Source: a virus
Taxonomy: Duplodnaviria; Caudoviricetes
IMG/VR virus record: IMGVR_UViG_3300009183_000256
Coordinates: 1 to 30,644 of that record
Length of the DNA: 30,644 bases
Direction: 5' to 3' (one strand)
Below are positions 26,263 through 30,644 of the stretch, in pieces (positions within the stretch are counted from its first letter, which is position 1; each line of letters opens with the position of its first letter). A program made the translations under genes and the position numbers. The notes beneath the pieces were generated by a model. The model saw only the letters and a list, made by a program, of their open reading frames with translations. It made no database searches and had not been told where the DNA came from.

Positions 26263-28351
26263 TCCTTGGGACAAATACCCTGATGCACCACAAAAAACTG
26301 AAAACCCTTGGGACAAATACCCTGATGCACCACAAAAGCCCAACCCCCTGATGAGCGTTAAAGGTGCTGCTCGTATTGCAAAGTCGGGTGGCTCAGCTGT
26401 AGTTGGTGGCACTGCAGACTTAATTAGCATGCCGTACAACTGGGCAGCGACTATGTTTAATAAGATGAAAGAAACTGAGCTTGGACGCGCCACGTTGGAG
26501 GCTGAAGGGCATTACCTAGAACCGGGTACTCCAGATATTCCTACAGTGCCTTCTGCAGTTGATGCGGTCGATCATGGCGTGGATTACATCACCGGCGGTT
26601 ATACCCAAACTCCAGAGAATGAGAAAAGCCTGCATGACGGCATAAAGGCGGCTGCATCAATGCTGAGTCTTAGTGGAGCTGGCAAGGGTGCCGTAAAGTT
26701 TGGGGCAAACAAAATTGGTAAAACCTTAGAAAAATTTGGCAGTACAAAAGCTCGAGATTTAGCCGTGGGCGGCGTTGCTACTGGTGTAACGAGCGAATTA
26801 GAAAACAAGCACGGGCAGTTAGCGGCCACAGGTGAAGGCATTGGAGCAGGTGCGTTAGCAACAGCGGTGCTTCACCCAAAAACAGTAGGAAAAGGTTTAG
26901 CAAAAATCGCAAAAAGAACAGCTTTTAAAGCAGCCGGCCTCGGTAAAAAAAATTTTAACACTGAGGCCTACGAAGCTTTGAGGAAATTAAATATAGACGC
27001 ACCATTAAATGTGGTAAGCGATTCTAAATTACTTAAAGCTGGATTACAATTTAGCGAATATTTGCCGCACACATCCGGAAAAATTATTGATCAAAACAAA
27101 GAAGTTTCTAAAACAATACAGTCCCACTTCAAAAAACTCAGCGATGATGTTGGTGTGCCTGGTGACCAAGATCATATCACTGCTGAACTCTATAAGCAGT
27201 CCACCCACCAATTAAAACCTGAAGATAAAATGCAGGCCACGAAACTAAAAAATAAAGCTGCTGAATTACTAAAAGAAAGGCAATCGGCAGGAGCACCACT
27301 ACATGAATTTCAACAAGAACTTAAAAACTACATAAATAAGGGCGAAATTCCAAAGGCTGATCAGCCCTCAAAACGTGTTGCTGAATTTTTTGAAAATGGT
27401 GGCACTTTAAAAGAATTGCTTAGTAAAAAAGATTTGCCTAAATTAGACAGAAACTATATCAATTCTTTTTTAATTGAAAATCCAGAGCATGTTATTGGTT
27501 TTTTGAAAAATGGTGGCACTTTTAAAGATTTACAAAGCAACACAGGTACAAAAAAATTTATAAAATATTTCAAAGAAAATAATTTGTTTGAAACTCCGGT
27601 GGTAGTCGAAGATGTTCCAAGAAAACTGTATGACTTTTTAAAAAAGGGCGGGAAATTAGAAGATTACGCGGCCGAGTTCATTCCAACAGTTGAATCTCTG
27701 ATTGACGACAAACAGCTTTTAAACAAGCTCAGTAAGCATTCGAGCACTTTAACTGGCGCACAAAGTTACCTTCAACCCAGGTACAAACAGCTTGCAACGG
27801 CTTTAAAGGAAGATCTTCTGAATTACGATAACCAACAAGGCTTTCAAGCGAACTATAGAAAAGCTGAGGATTTTTTCTCAGCAAATGCCGAGCGCAATAA
27901 ATTAGACATTTTGATTGGCAACAAAGTTACTAATCCAAAAACTGGCGACATTGACCCAGGTCAACTAGCATCTGTCATTTTGGGTTACGGCAAAAAAAAC
28001 AAAGAATTGAAGGAAATCAAAAATCTAGATACAGAAAAATTAAATAACCTTGGAGAAGCTGCTAAACACATTTACAAAAGTCTAAAAAACATACCAAATC
28101 CTTCAGGTTCAGGTGTCTATGCCGCAGCCGCGACCGCACTTTACGGACTTGGAGTAGCACCTTTTGCAACAATTGCTAAACTAGGTGGGTTGACTGGTGG
28201 CATGAGCTGGCTTTTAAGCCCCAAAACAATTAACACTGCTTACAATTTTGCAAAAAATCCTTCAGAAGCAAAAGCGAAACAGCTTAACCAACTTTTCAAA
28301 ACAACAACAACAAAAGATCTGGCTCAAGTGTTTGGTGTAGTTTCTAAATGA
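26255..28351 (+). CDS. DNA ejection (internal virion) protein 3
   Basis: NPWDKYP repeats at the N-terminus, Gly/Ala-rich segments, PNPSGSG followed by a hydrophobic helix near the C-terminus. Confidence 0.7.
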   Translation: MSNPWDKYPDAPQKTENPWDKYPDAPQKPNPLMSVKGAARIAKSGGSAVVGGTADLISMPYNWAATMFNKMKETELGRATLEAEGHYLEPGTPDIPTVPSAVDAVDHGVDYITGGYTQTPENEKSLHDGIKAAASMLSLSGAGKGAVKFGANKIGKTLEKFGSTKARDLAVGGVATGVTSELENKHGQLAATGEGIGAGALATAVLHPKTVGKGLAKIAKRTAFKAAGLGKKNFNTEAYEALRKLNIDAPLNVVSDSKLLKAGLQFSEYLPHTSGKIIDQNKEVSKTIQSHFKKLSDDVGVPGDQDHITAELYKQSTHQLKPEDKMQATKLKNKAAELLKERQSAGAPLHEFQQELKNYINKGEIPKADQPSKRVAEFFENGGTLKELLSKKDLPKLDRNYINSFLIENPEHVIGFLKNGGTFKDLQSNTGTKKFIKYFKENNLFETPVVVEDVPRKLYDFLKKGGKLEDYAAEFIPTVESLIDDKQLLNKLSKHSSTLTGAQSYLQPRYKQLATALKEDLLNYDNQQGFQANYRKAEDFFSANAERNKLDILIGNKVTNPKTGDIDPGQLASVILGYGKKNKELKEIKNLDTEKLNNLGEAAKHIYKSLKNIPNPSGSGVYAAAATALYGLGVAPFATIAKLGGLTGGMSWLLSPKTINTAYNFAKNPSEAKAKQLNQLFKTTTTKDLAQVFGVVSK
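26261..26338 (+). repeat. 42-bp-period coding duplication (NPWDKYPDAPQK x2)
   Basis: CCTTGGGACAAATACCCTGATGCACCACAAAA occurs twice. Confidence 0.9.
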
Positions 28352-28507
28352 AATGTTGAAGAAAAAAAGCTAAAAATCCGCATGTACGATCCCGATAATC
28401 CACCCCCGAAGTAACACAGATCCCGAAAATTACCCTTAGCATATTGCCTTTAAGGCTAAAAAAGATTATTCCTAAACTGAAAGACTTTTTAATTTAGAGA
28501 ATATTTC

Positions 28508-29818
28508 GTGTTTAATCTAAAAAAGCAAAGCTCGTACAATCTTGTATTTTTTTGCAATTTTTTAGAATTGTTTGATCTATATCTTTACGTGCATCTTTCT
28601 TCGGTTTTACACAAACATTTGTTTCCTTGGTTGGACGATAGTTTTTTAAAATATTTTTCCATGGCTGGCTTATACTTAATCGCCCCTTTGGCTAGCCTGT
28701 GGTGGGCAAAAAGAGGCGACACTTACGGCCGGCGTTCGGTTTTGTTGCTATCTTCAGTCGTAACCGGGATCGTAACAACGATGATTGCCTTCATACCTGA
28801 TCATACCTGTTGGGCAGAAAACCAAAAATACTACCCATTAGTGATTTTAGTGATCTTGCGAATAATCCAAGGCATCGCGCTAGCAGGTGAGCCAAGTGCA
28901 GCTAAGCTCTACTCTGTAGAATCCTACATTAACAAAGACAAAGACATGTTTTTCAAAGATACTGAGCAATGGAATGAACGATTTCTACCAATTGCCGTTA
29001 CAAAAATGACTATGGGCGAGGGTTTTGGTGGCACACTGGCTCTAGGCTTAATGTTTTTTTCATCCAATTTTCTAGCCGATTATTCTTGGGGTTGGCGTTT
29101 TCCATTTGTTTTTGCGGCGTTTGCTTCGATATTTGTAATGATTATTAGGAATTTTTTGTTTGAAACCGAAGATTTTAGAAAATACACAAAAAAAATAACA
29201 ATAACTCCACTTGAATCGTACTCAAAAAGATTGATGAACGCCGCCAAAATCAACAAAAAGAAGGGTCTCATTTTTTTGGTGCTGAGCATGGGATACCCAG
29301 TGCTTTTTGCTTTCAATTTTACATTTTTTTCCCCATTGATCATCAAACAGCTTGGCTATGAAAAAGATTTTATATATTTTCATAATTTTTATATTGTCCT
29401 TGCGCATTTGTTTCTTGAATACTTGATGGCGTATGTGCCATGCAAACTAGGCTGGCACAAATACCGCACTATGGCAGTGTATCACATTATTGCAGCAATA
29501 GGCGTAGCTGCTTTGATATATGGATCGCTTACGCAGGATTGGCCAATATGGATTTACATCGTCATACAAACGATCACAATGTTAGGCATCACCTGGAACC
29601 TAATATATGGGTATGTTTTAAAAAAATTTCCGATTGAAGACAGATTTAAGCTAATGGCAGCTTACGGCGGAAGTGCGAGGATGCTTTCTTACATATTTTT
29701 CATAGTAATTTTTCCGTTGTTTTGGAACTTTCAAAACGTTACTCATTATGGAATACTTTGCATAGCAATGATTTTGGCGTCAATGTATGCAGCAAAAAAA
29801 TTCACACAATCAAATTAA
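28508..29818 (+). CDS. proP: MFS transporter, MHS family (ProP-like)
   Basis: FLELFDLYLYVHL (Rickettsia-type ProP TM1), motif A GDTYGRR, LRIIQGIALAGE, WGWRFPF, about 12 TM segments. Substrate not determinable. Confidence 0.85.
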   Translation: MFNLKKQSSYNLVFFCNFLELFDLYLYVHLSSVLHKHLFPWLDDSFLKYFSMAGLYLIAPLASLWWAKRGDTYGRRSVLLLSSVVTGIVTTMIAFIPDHTCWAENQKYYPLVILVILRIIQGIALAGEPSAAKLYSVESYINKDKDMFFKDTEQWNERFLPIAVTKMTMGEGFGGTLALGLMFFSSNFLADYSWGWRFPFVFAAFASIFVMIIRNFLFETEDFRKYTKKITITPLESYSKRLMNAAKINKKKGLIFLVLSMGYPVLFAFNFTFFSPLIIKQLGYEKDFIYFHNFYIVLAHLFLEYLMAYVPCKLGWHKYRTMAVYHIIAAIGVAALIYGSLTQDWPIWIYIVIQTITMLGITWNLIYGYVLKKFPIEDRFKLMAAYGGSARMLSYIFFIVIFPLFWNFQNVTHYGILCIAMILASMYAAKKFTQSN

Positions 29819-30440
29819 ATACATAGAGATTTTTAGATTCGTTCAGAAAATTTTTGAAGATTTTTGTAATAATGATGATATTTTTATAAATTTTACGGAT
29901 TGTTTAAATTCATCTTTAAGAAAAGAAAATTTTAATACCCTTCTATACGAAAAATATTTTTTAGATATAAAAAAATGTTTGAACATCTTGGAAAAAGAAA
30001 TACTAAACGGCAACAAATTGACCTACATTTCCTATTATCGAAATGATATTTTTTACAATGATTTATACGCCGGCGATTTCCTTAAAGATATTTTTGGTTG
30101 GCTGGCTGACAAAGGAACAATCGATCCGTTTGCTATCTACCCCAGCTTAAAAAAAAGAGAGTTGCAAGAAACGCCACCGCGAACGTTCAAGCAGCTACAC
30201 ATCGAAGAAAAGTATAGCTACGACTACGTTGCATCAGACAATCCAGCAAAATATTTTCAAAAAAACAAATTAGGACAAATAATAAATCAAATTATCAACA
30301 ATATCGAAAATAATCAAATTCCCAGCAACAAAATGAAAGAAATGAGCCAAAAAAAATTTTTGCTAAATTTCGAAAAAACTGATTGGCGCATTTCATCGCA
30401 CAACAAAACATTTCTCTGGAAACTTTTTTGCAGTTATTAG
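29787..30440 (+). CDS. Hypothetical protein (217 aa)
   Basis: Long ORF in very AT-rich DNA, overlapping the MFS stop. No recognised motif. Confidence 0.6.
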   Translation: MQQKNSHNQIKYIEIFRFVQKIFEDFCNNDDIFINFTDCLNSSLRKENFNTLLYEKYFLDIKKCLNILEKEILNGNKLTYISYYRNDIFYNDLYAGDFLKDIFGWLADKGTIDPFAIYPSLKKRELQETPPRTFKQLHIEEKYSYDYVASDNPAKYFQKNKLGQIINQIINNIENNQIPSNKMKEMSQKKFLLNFEKTDWRISSHNKTFLWKLFCSY

Positions 30441-30490
30441 GAATTTCCAAATAACTCTCGCAAATACTCACTTCTAATCCAGAAATGGGT

Positions 30491-30644
30491 TTTTTGCCTT
30501 TTTTATACGCCACTCGCCGATTGTTTTCGCCTTTTTTATACGCCACTCGCCGATTGTTTTCGCCTTTTTTATACGCCACTCGCCGATTGTTTTTGCCTTT
30601 TTTATACGCCACTCGCCGATTGTTTTTGCCTTTTTTATACGCCA
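30491..30644. repeat. 33-bp tandem repeat, at least 4.6 copies, truncated by the window end
   Basis: TTTTTTATACGCCACTCGCCGATTGTTTTYGCC, with ATACGCC at 30505, 30538, 30571, 30604 and 30637. Confidence 0.95.

Larger units (their letters stand above)
1..30644. mobile_element. Phage-plasmid or plasmid-like prophage with a podovirus-type virion module (element ends not visible)
   Basis: Rep_3 initiator with iterons occurs together with terminase, portal, capsid, tail-tubular, fibre, ejection and lysozyme genes. No housekeeping genes, and no tape measure or sheath gene. Confidence 0.85.

Noticed and set aside
28352-28414. In-frame 20-codon extension after the TGA of ejection protein 3 (possible readthrough)
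   Set aside because: Short enough to be chance, and TGA is used as a normal stop elsewhere in the window.
30491-30644. CRISPR array at the right edge
   Set aside because: The 33-bp units are contiguous with no spacers.

Overview
The whole window looks like one AT-rich phage-plasmid or plasmid-like prophage with a short-tailed (P22/N4-type) virion module. The host is probably an intracellular alphaproteobacterium (Rickettsiales/Holosporales-like), inferred from a Rickettsia-type ProP MFS gene and a patatin. From left to right: (i) an array of at least 5 paralogous Ala/Glu/aromatic-rich minigenes joined by a conserved ~50-bp stop-RBS-start repeat, running off the left edge; (ii) a 1.3-kb motif-rich non-coding region and a short tyrosine recombinase bracketed by a perfect 28-bp direct repeat; (iii) an iteron origin with a Rep_3 initiator, followed by a candidate small RNA; (iv) a lipoprotein-type GH108 lysozyme operon; (v) terminase small and large subunits; (vi) a fibre cluster between terminase and portal, in which three fibre-like genes end and begin at complementary halves of one conserved fibre motif, with a patatin gene embedded among them; (vii) portal, scaffold, major capsid, adaptor, nozzle, tail fibre, a GNAT-like protein and three ejection proteins; (viii) a ProP-like MFS transporter, a hypothetical gene and a 33-bp tandem repeat at the right edge. 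The best candidates for undescribed systems are the plug-and-socket split fibre/patatin cluster (10060-14418) and the minigene cassette array (1-1449). All product calls come from motif recognition by eye; no searches were run.
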